64,000 nucleotides of DNA from the human T2T-CHM13v2.0 reference genome, Homo sapiens. Position numbers and translations under genes: made by a program. Where the stretch lies: the NCBI RefSeq assembly GCF_009914755.1, contig NC_060938.1. One strand, written 5' to 3'. This document shows, one piece after another, positions 29,096-44,240 of the stretch. The notes beneath the pieces are model-generated. The model did no database searches. It had not been told where the DNA came from and saw only the letters and a list, made by a program, of their open reading frames with translations. Numbering within the stretch: position 1 is the first letter of the stretch; every line of letters starts with the position of its first letter.

Positions 29096-29447
29096 ACAAA
29101 TAATCTAGTGCAGCTCCTTGTGAAATCAAAAATATGGCTCTTGGAAAAGCAAAAATAACAGAAGAATAAGAAAAAAGAAAAGATCAGTACTGATGAAAAT
29201 TAAAGTTAAAAAGAGACTGTACAATTAATTATTATAGATCAGAAAAGTGTTCATAAATTTATATGTTTAGGAAGCTAAACAACTTAAATAATGTAAAAGC
29301 ATAAGACAACATTCATTGACATGAATTTTTAATTTTTTCAGAAATCACACATTGTCAAATTTTCTAAGGAGGAGAAAATTCAAGCTGTAATCATCATGGA
29401 TTACATTAAAAGAAGCTAAAAGTATCATCCTATAAAACTCACAAGCT

Positions 29448-29882
29448 CTCAAAGACTTGGAACCAACCCAAATGTCCATCAATGATAGACTGGATTAAGA
29501 AAATGTGGCACATATACACCATGGAATACTATGCAGCCATAATAAAGGATGAGTTCATGTCCTTTGTAGGGACATGGATGAAGCTGGAAACCATTATTCT
29601 CAGCAAACTATTGCAAGGACAAAAAACCAAACATCACATGTTCCCACTCATAGGTGGGAATTGAACGAGAACACTTGGACACAGGAAGGGGAACATCACA
29701 CACGGAGGCCTGTTGTGAGGTGGGGGGAGGGGGGAGGGATAGCATTAGGAGATATACCTAATGTAAATGATGAGTTAATGGGTGCAGCACACCAACATGG
29801 CACATGTATACATATGTAACAAACTTGCACGTTGTGCACATGTACCCTAGAACTTAAAGTATAATAATAATAATTAAAAAAA
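29448..29882 (+). mobile_element. 5'-truncated L1PA4/5-like 3' end
   Basis: ORF2 C-terminus MIDWIKKMWHIYTMEYYAA, L1 3'UTR and A-tail; TSD aaaactc(a/g)caagct. Confidence 0.9.
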
Positions 29883-31367
29883 ACTCGCAAGCTACATTCA
29901 TGTTTATGTACAATCTTTCCCAAACCATCAAAGTACAGATAATGCTAGGATATAGAAACACTTTTCTGAGCAACCCCACTAATTTTGTGAGCCTATCATT
30001 GTCTTACTACCAAAATAGGAAGTGGATAGCCCAACAAGTTAAAACTACTATAATAGTAAACCTATACGAAAAATCCTAAATAAATAATTAGCACATCAAA
30101 CCAAAGTTATAATATTCTCATATAACACACCATAATTAAGTGGAGTGTATGCTAAGAATACAAATATGTTTCTATGGGATATCCTATCAATAATTTTTAA
30201 CATTTAAAATTAAAACAGGAATTCATTTAACATTCGTATTGCAGTGCATCAGCTGTTCTTTGCTGAGTTTCTTCTCACTGATGTGTGGAATATCACTGAA
30301 GATTCAATTCAATTCAATTCTTCGTATAGTGTCACAGAAATCTCTCCATGTAAAACTCTTCCTAAATCTATTAGAAACATAGTGCATGTAATTGGTTATA
30401 AGTAAGACAAGGGAAAGAGCTCTGGAGTTGAAAGAAAGTTGAAAGTGGTTTGGCTGTCTGGACTTGAACCCTTTTCCCTATTCAACAAGCCAGCAAATAT
30501 TTAATGGCAAGGAATCATCATGGGACACATTCATACTCCCATGGTTCCTGTTCAATCCCAAGTCCTAAATGAAATAGATAAATGATAAAATGGGAAAAGG
30601 GTGAAATAGAGTGTCAAGAAGAGGAGGTTTACCTAAGTCAATATTTATGATAGTTATAACACCTTAACTCTAAAGTATGTGCACATTTGGTGCAGGTCCC
30701 CTTCAAGAACATTTGATCTGAAAGAAGCCAAAACTTGTTTGAACTTTCTCAAAATCTGTAGATAATTGAATCAGGTAAGTCTTTTTTTAAAAAAAAATTT
30801 ATGTCGACAACTTGCTTGATCCAATTGCTTGAGATTTTTTTTTGGAAAATGGAAGTAAGACCTTTAACTAGAGAATGAAACTTGGAGCAATGGCTTATGA
30901 TTCTTGGACTTACAGTTTTGTGCAAAGTCCTTTGACTCAACCACAAAATAATTATATCAATTTTAGTCCAGAGCATAAAATTTGAATTTGGGTATGATAG
31001 AAAATGACTTAAAGATAAATTTCTGTAATATTTGAGGGTTTTTTTGGTTCTATGGGTCTTTTTCTGAAATATTGAATAGAAAAGACTCTACAGAAGCATA
31101 TTAACATCATTCTATACTCATCTCAGTTCAAACCAGCCCACTCTGACATCTAGACAAAAGTGGCATTCAGTAGAGGATATGGTGCCATTCTCTATGAGGA
31201 TTTCTGGCATTTTTCAAATCTTCATTTTACGGCTATCATCACCTTATCTACTAATATTCTGTACTGACATGTGTACCATTTCAGTTTACATATTCTCATA
31301 TAGTAAAATGTTAACTGCAAGGGAATTTACCTCAAACCCAAACCATTAACGTAACTTCAGAGACAAT

Positions 31368-32108
31368 ATGGATTAAGATTATCCATGATTTCCTTCATGA
31401 ACCCAAGACTATCTCCTTTGAGGGCTGCATGGCCCAGATATTCTTGTTCCATGTCTTTGCTGGTGGTGAGATGGTGCTCCTTGTAGCCATGGCATATGAC
31501 ATATATGTAGCCATATGCAAACCTCTCCATTATGCAACCATCATGAACTTGTGCACATGTACAGGCCTAGTGGTAGGATCTTGGGTCACTGGAGTTATGC
31601 ACTCCCTGAGCCAGTTAGCTTTCACTGTAAGTTTGCCCTTCTGTGGCCCAAACATAGTGGACAGTTATTATTGTGACCTTACTTTGGTCATCAAACTTGC
31701 CTGTACAGATACTTATATCCCTGAAGCGTTGATGCTTTTGGACAGTGGTCTTATGGGGGTGACTTCATTTTGCTTTTGCTGATCTCCTACACGGTCATTC
31801 TGATTACTGTGCAGCGACCTTCCTCAGCAGGTATGGCCAAGGCTCGCAGCACTCTGACTGCCCACGTGACTGTGGTGACCCTGTTCTTTGGGCCTTGTAT
31901 CTTCATCTATGCCTGGCCTTTCAGCAACTTACCAGTGGATAACATTTTGTCTGTATTCTCTACAGTTTTCACACCTATATTAAACCCCCTTATCTACACA
32001 CTGAGAAACAAAGAGGTAAAATCAGCAATTCATAACCTGAAGACCCAGTATGTAACTTCCAGGCTGTCTTCCCAGCTCTCTCTCATAGGACTAGATTTGT
32101 TGAATTGA
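31368..32108 (+). pseudogene. OR4K4P: OR4K-family pseudogene lacking the TM1-TM2 region, frameshifted
   Basis: OR homology starts at 31375 (KIIHDFLHEPKTISFEGCMAQIF); MAYDIY in place of MAYDRY; 1-nt frameshift in the T run near 31770 joining ORFs 31429-31782 and 31770-32108 (PILNPLIYTLRNKEVK). Symbol assigned from its position between OR4K2 and OR4K5. Confidence 0.85.
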
Positions 32109-32279
32109 GTAGACAAGTGGGAACTTGAGACACAGACTTTGCCTTTTTCTTCTCACCATCAATGTTTTTAACAGTTAATTTGTTTGCTTGAAATTATAAA
32201 TGTGTGCTCTTTGTTAAATACTTGTAAAGAAGCCTATACACAATTATGCATTCTTCAATCATACTTGCTATAGTTTTGT

Positions 32280-34615
32280 AGTTAATTTGCTTATATTTGC
32301 TAACTGAAATCAATGACAGAGTGTTTCACAAACTATTGCACAATTTAAAATATTTTGATAAAATAGGAAATTGTTTGATAAAAATTTAGGTGCATATTCA
32401 TACTTGCTAAACTAAAAATGCTATGTTTCAATTATGGTTAAGATATTCTAAGTAATTTGTGAGATTTACCTTTAGCAGTAAAAACTAATTCCATTAACAT
32501 TCTTTTCTTCATACATTCATTGTACATCAAAAAGTTCATGCTGTGTATTAAAAAGATCCATAGATTAATTAAGCATGTAAAAACTAATTTTACAAAAATT
32601 TAAGATAACACTTTTCAAATCTACTTTTATTTTGTTTTTTCCTCCTCACATACAAAATTTGAGGGATGTAAGAGATCACATTTTTTTTGAAGCTATATAA
32701 AATCACTTGATTTTACCAAGGTACCATTTATTCTTATCATTTTGTCACCAAAATTGTGTTAACATCAAAATATGACAGTTAACCAGTTTTAAGTCCATTC
32801 AACAGTTACATAACATAGCATATAAAGCTTTAGACACTTGGCAATAAAACCACATACAAAATAGAACAAGAAGCAAAAACAGTTCCTTCAGAACAATAAA
32901 CACTATAATCTAAAAGCACATTATGATGCTGCCCCAGAGCTGTGGGCTGAATCTTTATGTCCCCCACCCCCTGTAGTGCTATAGTCTGAACATTTTATGT
33001 CCTTTTCACATATTGAAATTCTTACCACCAAGTTGATGGTATCAGGAAGTAAAACCTTTGAGAAGTGATTAGGTATTTAGGATGGAGCTCTCATGAATGT
33101 CATTAGTGGCCTCAGAGAGCTCCTTCTTTTTGGCATGTGAAGTTAGAGCAACTGCTGTCTGTGATCTAGGTAGTGGGTACTTACAGGCCACTTAATTTAC
33201 CAATTTCTTTATCTTGAACTTCCTAGCCTCCAGAACTGAATTCCTATTGTTTATAAGCCACTCAGTTTGTGGCATTTTGTTATAACAGCCAGTATGAACT
33301 AAGACATCCAGTGTTAGGTAACACCCCAACTTCCTTCAAGGTGATTTCACTCTATTATATACTGTCCAGTCCCTTTGACACAAAATAAAAACAAAAAACA
33401 TTTATCCAGTGGAGCTACCCTATTCATGTTATGCATTCACTGTGCTTTTAAACACATTGGTTTTATAAGTTGGGTGATTCATCAAACCATTGTAGTGTTG
33501 CTTCTTGCCTGGTATCAGCATTATGATCAAAGATTACTTAGAACTGCTATAGATACTCCACATGCATATTTTTTTCCATAATGTGCTAAATATTTTCAGT
33601 CTATAAATCCATGGTGAGAGGTTATCAGACTTATCTTGTGTTTTTTTAAACCCATTAACCTTGGTTCCACTTGAGGATTTAATCTAATTACTCTGCTAAT
33701 TTTTACAAGAATAAAAGGGTTTCCTTTGAAACCACAAATATCAGGATCCTCCATACCACTGCATGCTTAAAGTAAGGTAGCAGGAAATTTACACGCGTTA
33801 TAAACTAGTCCCTTCTTTCAAAAAGTACTTCATCAGGATGGATTGTGAGATTCTTCTGTTCATCTAATACAGCTTTAGAAAATTATTAAAATCTACAAAG
33901 TACCTATTCTAGGAAGCTGAATCAGACATACTGAATACATATTTTAATGCCATCACTGACTCTGGAGAAATTTTAAGTCCTGAACTAGGAAGCTGCTGTT
34001 TTGGAACCCTATCTTTCAGCACCTGAAGCATAGTCCACATTGTGAACAAGAAGAGTGCAGCTAGGAACCCACAGAAGACTAGGTAGAAGAGCAGGAGCAA
34101 ACCTCTTTTCCTCTCTCTCACTAGTGGTCCATGAAGTACTGTCTCCTGCTTGGTGACAGGTCAGTGTGCCTCTGCTGCTGCCGCCAACACTCATGTCACT
34201 AACATTCATCTATAGCCCTCTCTTCTATAGACAATCACTATGGGATGGAGAGTCTCACTTCCCAGAACATTTACTAAGTCATGACTCAGAATGGGAACAG
34301 GCGATTCTAAGAAAATGGCACCTCAGGGCCCCTCTGGCACTTGGTGATGTGCCCCAAATGTTCTTCACTGGCCAGGAGGTCAAGGAACTTCCACTCAGCC
34401 TGATTTGGGTTGAAGAATTTCTCCTTCTTTGTTATAGTGGGTGTGGGGAAAATGAGATGACTGGTGGCAGCAGCAATTCATGGGCAGTTACCCAGGGGAT
34501 GGAGGTTTCAAGGATTGTGGAGGCCATGGCCCTGCTCAGGCAACAGCAGCTGAGAGTGGGAAACAGGCCAAGGATGCCTGATCTCTCCAGCACACACTCA
34601 GTCAACTGCAGATGC
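32280..34615 (-). pseudogene. Ancient processed pseudogene of Na+/K+-ATPase beta-3 (ATP1B3), including UTRs
   Basis: Minus-strand translation: (ATA at 34435) TKKEKFFNPNQAEWKFL...LGHITK; [35 protein letters not shown]...[23 protein letters not shown]; DEQKNLT; ACSGMEDPD; GNPFILVK; HGFID*KYLAHYGKK; VFKSTVNA* (stop 33429-33431). These match recalled ATP1B3 blocks ([53 protein letters not shown]). No introns, many stops and frameshifts; 3'UTR-like blocks (attgccaagtgtctaaagct, actgtcatattttgatgt) continue to about 32290. Confidence 0.9.
32938..33306 (+). mobile_element. MLT1A0-like MaLR solo LTR inside the ATP1B3 pseudogene 3'UTR
   Basis: ...gtgattaggt...gatggagctctcatgaatg...cttcctagcctccagaactg...ttataagccactcag...actaagaca; 5-bp TSD cccag/tccag. 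Confidence 0.85.
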
Positions 34616-34949
34616 TTGGATATCATATTGTAAATATACTCATGTATTTTATGTGTCATATCATAAATATTTTCTTAAATACTAAAAATGCCTAATAATG
34701 AATTTGTATCATTGAGCATAAAATTTTAATCTGCTAATTTAATGAGAAAATAAATATAAATAAAACCATTGTTTTATTTTGTGTTACCTTAGTTTCTCAT
34801 GAAGCTTAAAAAATATATTTTGTCAATTGCCCTAACACTTCATTCTCTATTACAGCGTTAATACTGTTTTAATTACCGTTTGTACTTTTGCCAGGTCGAA
34901 GAAGAGTAAAGCTGTTTCTATATTTGTGATTATCCTTAAACATATTTTA

Positions 34950-36110
34950 GGGTAAAATTCACTTTTAGTTCTGTATATTTCTATGGGTTTTGATATGGGT
35001 TTTGAAATGCATAGAGTTATATGTCCACCACTGCAGTTCCACACAGAATAGTTCCATCACCCAAACTTTCCTGGTGCTAGTCCCATATAGACAACTTCTT
35101 ACCACCTCCTACACCTCTGGAAACCATGGATTTCTTTTTTTCTCTGTAGTTTTGCTTTTTTTCAGATATTCATATAATCCTGCAGTGTGTAGCTTTTTGG
35201 AATCTGGTTTCCTGCTGGCACTTTAGCAAAAGGCATGTGAAATTTATCCATGTTGTTTTGAGAGTCATCGTTTATTCCATTTATTGATGAAGAATGTATG
35301 GGTGGTTTGGAAATTAATAGTGAAGTTGCTACAGACGTCTCTGTATAAGGTTTTGTGTGAACCTAAGTTTTCATTTCTTGTGAGTAGATAGCTAGGAATG
35401 AGACGATTGAGTCGCATGGTAGTCATGTTTTTTTAAGATGGCTTTATTAAGGTATAATTGATATGCAATAAGCTGAATGTATTACAGAGCACAATTTGAT
35501 GTTTTGATGTATGCCCATAAAACTATCTCTACAATCAAACTAATGAATGTATCCATGGTCCCCAAAATTTTCTCCCACCTCTCCCCAATCCACTACTTGT
35601 TCTATTGTTTTTCCTTGGTCTGGCTTCTTTAACTCAGTATATTTATTTGAATTTATCCATTTTTATATATGTATCAATATTATGTTCCCTTTATATTGCT
35701 TAGAAGTAGTTCATTGTATGGGAATACTACAGTTTATTGATTCGTTCACTGTTGATAGACATTTTTATTGTGCCTCTGTTTTGCCTATTACCAATATAGT
35801 TGCTTATTTGTATATAAGTCTTTATATGGCTATATATTTTATTTTTCCATTTTTAGGCAAATAATAAATTGGAATGTCTGCATCATATTGTAGGTGTACG
35901 TTTAACTTTTTAAAAGAAACTGAGAGACCCTTTTTTAAGTGCTTACATTATTTTATGTTCCTATATTCCCATGAAAATTTCACTTCCTCTACATATTTGC
36001 TAAACTTGTTATTATTTGTCATTTTAATTTTAGCTTCCTCACAAGTGTGGAGTTGCAACTAATTGTATTTTAAATTTACATTTCCCTAATGACTAATTAT
36101 ATTGAACATA
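34950..36110 (-). mobile_element. Old L1M 3' fragments
   Basis: Degraded antisense L1 3'UTR/ORF2 motifs (atttatccatgttgt, ttttaaatttacatttccctaatgactaattatattgaacat). Confidence 0.6.
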
Positions 36111-36317
36111 TCAGACATAATTTAAGTGAGACTATATTGCTAAAGGAAATGTTTTCCAGGATTATACTATCTTCCTAAACTTGTGCAATCCTAACGTCAG
36201 CCTCAAAATGTATAAGGTGCAAAATTACAAGGAACAAGAGAGAAACTTCATGACCATCATTAAAGATTTCAATAAAATCTTCACTTCATTCAGTGCTTGT
36301 AGAAATATGTAGCAGTC

Positions 36318-36937
36318 TGTGTCCAGTCAGGAGACAGAAACCATACAACAGATTAAATAGTTTGGTATAAAGAATGAACTATAATGGAAAAGTAACTATA
36401 AGATATAAGGAAACTCTACGTGGTGCCCTATAGCAAAAAGAAAGTACCCAAGGAACCACAATCTTAACAGAGGTTGTTAAGTTTCATTGGGAAATGAATG
36501 GTTCATCTCATTGGTGAGTAAAAAAGCTCACTGATTTGGCTAGGTCAGAGCTGGTCTCCCAACCACTGGGCAACTAATAGCCCACCTCTTATGCAAGCTG
36601 GGGAGGAGGTGATCAGAAACCAGTGGACTGGATGCACAAAGGAAATCAAGGTGCTGGTATGGGTAGAAACTCTTCCAAGTTGTGGGGGGACCCCGGTTTC
36701 TGTGTGAAAAGACTCCTGAAAGGTTATCACAAGACCACTGCCTTGAGGTTGTAGAGAGATCAGGTTTCAGGCCTGTGGCTGGGGCTGTCTCCATTCGTTT
36801 TCCTCACACCTGTGTTGCCGACCCCAGCGGAGGCCTGAACTGGTAAGAGGGATTCTTCCTCCTGCAATGTGCTTCTAGCACCTTTCTCTGAGAAAGCTAA
36901 ATATTGTTCTCACTTTAAAGGGAGAAATACTTAAAGA
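36318..36937. mobile_element. Old ERVL-class LTR remnant (LTR41-like)
   Basis: tgtccagtcaggagacagaaacca...cctgcaatgtgcttctagcacc...ctgagaaagctaaatattg resembles recalled old ERVL LTRs. Confidence 0.4.
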
Positions 36938-40312
<3,375 letters not shown>

Positions 40313-41379
40313 CTTGCTTGAATGAGAATATCTGGTGAAACATATTAATTTCCATTGGAAGATGAACCTTGGCTATTTAATACTAAATCTTAAAAGCTGC
40401 AATTGGTCACTTAGATAAATTCATGGTACTCTTACAATTTGACAAAAGAAAAAGGTACTAACCACCTGTACCCTGATAACTTATGGAAAAAATAAATAAT
40501 TAATTTAAAAAAGATTAGGATGTTCATGTGTCTGTGTCTGAGCGTGCTAGGGATAACTTGTGAGAAATTATGTACAGAGATGAAGTATACTTGGGGAGAC
40601 ACTTGGGAAAATTATGAAAAACTCTGACTGCACCTAGGAAAATCCATCATGACACTCTTACCTATTACCTAAAGAAATTAAATAGGCATGCAAATCAAGG
40701 CTATATATTACTTGGTAGAGTAAAACTACACAAAAAAGTTATGAGAATGTTAAATACAAAACTCATGTTATAGGTCTGTAGTTATAGTATAATCCATAAT
40801 TTATTTTTATTTGCACTTAAAGTATATAACAGGATTTATTTAACCCTACAGAAGTAAAATGCAAATTTATTCTTCTTAAAGCATCTCATTATTTCTATAA
40901 CTTTAAAAAGTTGGTAACTAAAGTATGGTTTACTTCCAATATAACAGATAAACTATTTTCTCTATGCTTCAACTCAAACCAGTTATGTCATTCTTTTTGC
41001 ATTAGCTGGTTGATTGTTGGCACTGGTTTTTATTACTTAATTAGGACATTGTATTACCAACTAGATGAAATATTTTTGCTCCATGTAAAGATGGAGTTTA
41101 TGTAGGTGGTATATGGTTTGCAGAGTTCTAGGCCATTCACTGGGAAGGAGTCTATGCACAGGAAAGTAAGAAGGTAAAACTATTCAGTGAAAGACAAATA
41201 CAGGGTGAAATATATTTCCATTAATACTATAACACATTTATGGACAAAGTACTTTTGGCATGTCTCTCTACCAAATCCTGTGAATCATTCATAAGGAGCA
41301 CAATAATTCAAGAAGTTTCAGTGTGGAAGAGAAATAATAGAGTTAGCTATCATAATAATATTTCTCTTCCACACTGGGA

Positions 41380-42167
41380 GTCTTACCTTATGTTTTGAGA
41401 GTCCCCAGCTAAATTGGGGTTCCATACCAGAGTGGCTAGCAATCCTGTCCTAATGAGAAATGAAAATGAGCTTGTTCTGGGTGTTTCCAGTGTGTCTTTA
41501 TGGGATATGTCTTTTACCTGGTGAAAGGCTTAATGCCTAGTTGTCATGACCAGGGAGTTCCTCACACAGGAAATTTTATACTGGCAGATGCCCCTGCAGC
41601 TTTTGTCTGACCTATGTCTAGCTGATGTCTACCAGACCAGCACTCTGGAGGCTGGAAGCCTGATCTTGTGTTCTCCCAAGCATTCCAGGGAAAACTCAGC
41701 CTGGGCCAGCCCCTGATTCTTCAGGTGGGTGATGCAAATTCAATACATCACTGCAATAGAAAAAAAGTTCAATGATTTTTATTTAGCGATCAGGCAGGGA
41801 GAGTGCAATAAGTTGGGAGGGCAGTCCTTCATCTCAGTGTCATGTAGGACAGGAATGAAGAGTCAAGCAAAGGGATGGTGAGAAAGCCTGGCATTTAGCA
41901 GTACACCTGAGGGAACAGGGTATGGGTTACTTTAAGTTCACCAGAAAATGACTGAAGGGTCCATTTAAAGAAAGCTACAGGAAAGCAGGGAGCCCAGTTG
42001 GCCAGGTGGGAGAGATGCCTCTAGTTTTTATCTCTGGCCAACAGCTTGAACCATTTGAATGTACTGTAGAACTGGAAACTGTGTCAAGGGTAACTGAGCT
42101 CGGCTTCTGGTATGAGAAAGTGGAATTTGTATTCAAAATGTATGCCAAGCCAACATAATTCACTATA
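41380..42167 (-). mobile_element. MER54/MER74-like ERVL LTR
   Basis: Minus strand tagtgaattatgttggcttggcatacattttgaatac...ctcataccagaagccgagctcagttacccttgacacagtttccagttcta. Confidence 0.7.
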
Positions 42168-42438
42168 CCTTGGGAGAAGATATAACGCATATGCAAGCAA
42201 AGTGCTACAGAAACATTAGGACATAGAAATTTCAACTTAAGCCTCTAGGAAGGCTTTTAGAGGTGGTAACATTTGTGTTGGAATAGACATCTGTGAAGGA
42301 CACGAAAAAATGGATAAGGAATTGTTTATCAGCTTAATAAATGTTGAGTAGTCTGTTATTTTTTGCTAGAGAGCAGTGTATGGCATAGGTAAAAGCAGGT
42401 TCTATATTCTTGGCTCTCATGCTAAGGACATTCAATTT

Positions 42439-42623
42439 TATATATATATATATATGTGTGTGTATATATATATGTGTATATATATGTGTGTATATATGTG
42501 TATATATATGTGTGTATATATATGTATATATATGTGTGTATATATGTGTGTATATATATATATGTATATATATATGTGTATATATATGTGTGTGTATATC
42601 TATGTGTATATATATATATATAT
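42439..42623. repeat. Compound (TA)n/(TG)n microsatellite (TATATATGTG-like units)
   Basis: Directly visible. Confidence 0.95.
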
Positions 42624-43454
42624 GCTTAAGGAATGATAAGATGTTTCAAGTGGAAGAGTGAGGTCCAGGAGAAAGGTAGGTTTTCCCTTACAGTTAATTC
42701 AGACAAGTTTGAAGGAAAAGAGTTGAGTTGAGTTGGGAAATTGTGAGAGCTGAGCTTTGAGATGGCTATGTATAGTCACATTCAAAAACTGTCAGAAACA
42801 GATTGGAATATTGGAATGTGGGGGCGGCGTGGGGAACAGTACTGCAAAATTAGAGATCATAATACAGAGGAAATGACTGATGCCAAGGAGATGAATGGAA
42901 TGCCGAAGAAAGGGAGATAACAAGGAGCAGAAATAGATTAATAAGGACATAAAGAGATAAAGAAGAGTTCAAGAAATGCAGAGGGAAAAGGAAAAAAAAT
43001 TGGAATGCCAGAGGCTAAGACCTCTTGGAATCTACTTTTAAGGGGCAGTAGCATGGATAAAGGAAGCTAACATTAAAAATTATGAAAGGAAAACCAAGAG
43101 GCATTCTGTTTAAGAATTAGCTATCATTACCAGGTCTTTGGGGACATTTGATAAAGTAGTTTTCCTGACTGTGACAGCAAAAGGCATAGTTAAGCATGTT
43201 AAAAGTCTGAGTAGTAAAAAAGATTTGGAGAGAAACATGTAGACACTACTACACAAAATTTCTTTTTTTAAAAAAAAGAAAAATTAAGAGAAAAAACAAT
43301 CAAAGATAATAGAAGAGTTTAGGAGAGTTCTTTTTCTTATTTCTTTGATGAGTGAATCCGAGCAACTGTCAGTAGATGAAAAGATTAAATGAAAAGTTAA
43401 ATGAAACAGGGAGAGACTAAAAAGGCAAGCCAAAGACAACTTAACACAGTAGCA

Positions 43455-43673
43455 CAGTGGTTCTCAACTGGGAGTCATTTTTCACCTCCTCAAGTGGACA
43501 TTTTGTAATGTTTGGAGACATTTTTGTTGGCATAACTGGGGGGAAAGTGTAGCTGGCATCTAATGGGTAATGCCAGAGATGCTCCTGAACACCCTACAGT
43601 AGTCACATGACAGTCTGTTTCAACAAAGTAATTCAACCCCAAATGTCAATAATGCCAAAGTTGGGAAACTCTG
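43455..43673 (+). mobile_element. MER20 hAT DNA transposon
   Basis: cagtggttctcaactggg...tggcatctaatgggta...ccccaaatgtcaataatgccaaagttgggaaactctg. Confidence 0.85.
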
Positions 43674-43799
43674 GCTCAACTGATGAATGAATGCCTCATA
43701 GCAGGTGAAAAGATTAGAATCATGAGCATATACTGAGGGAATTTCCAGTTGTAACATAGTGTCAATGGCATGGGTTTTATATTCAGATCTGAAACAGGA

Positions 43800-44240
43800 T
43801 GTTGTAATGTGGCAAGAGCTGGCCTTGGAGTCAAATACCAGGGTTCAGATTCTAGTTTAATGGCTCTCCAGCTATGGAACTTCAGGGAAACTGCTTATCA
43901 TCTCCGTATCTCTGACTTCTTATTGTAAGATAGAATTAGTAAGTGCATTTACCATGCAGTGTTATGGGAAGATTCAATTACTATATATTAAGAGCTCAGA
44001 ACAGTGCCTAACACTTTGATGCTTAGTAAATGTTAAATATTATTTTTATTATCTGATTTCAAATCCCCACTGAGATGTTCTGACCCTTACTAGATGTCTG
44101 ACCACAGATTAGTAAACATGTCTAATCTTTGTTTTTCTCTTCTGCAGTTTAGTAACCCCTTTTCCAAAGGTCTGTTGTAAAGATCACCTGATAAAACATG
44201 TATACACAGTAGATGCTATCTAGCAGCGTCTGAACAAATG
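43800..44240 (+). mobile_element. Two MIR SINE remnants
   Basis: ggccttggagtcaaataccagggttcagattctag...gctcagaacagtgcct; a second copy follows. Confidence 0.55.

Noticed and set aside
34166-34633. 155-aa + strand ORF
   Set aside because: Antisense to the decayed GC-rich 5' part of the ATP1B3 retrocopy; GTG start; no recognisable domain.
42376-42661. ORFs rich in Y/I/C/V/M
   Set aside because: Read-through of a TA/TG microsatellite.
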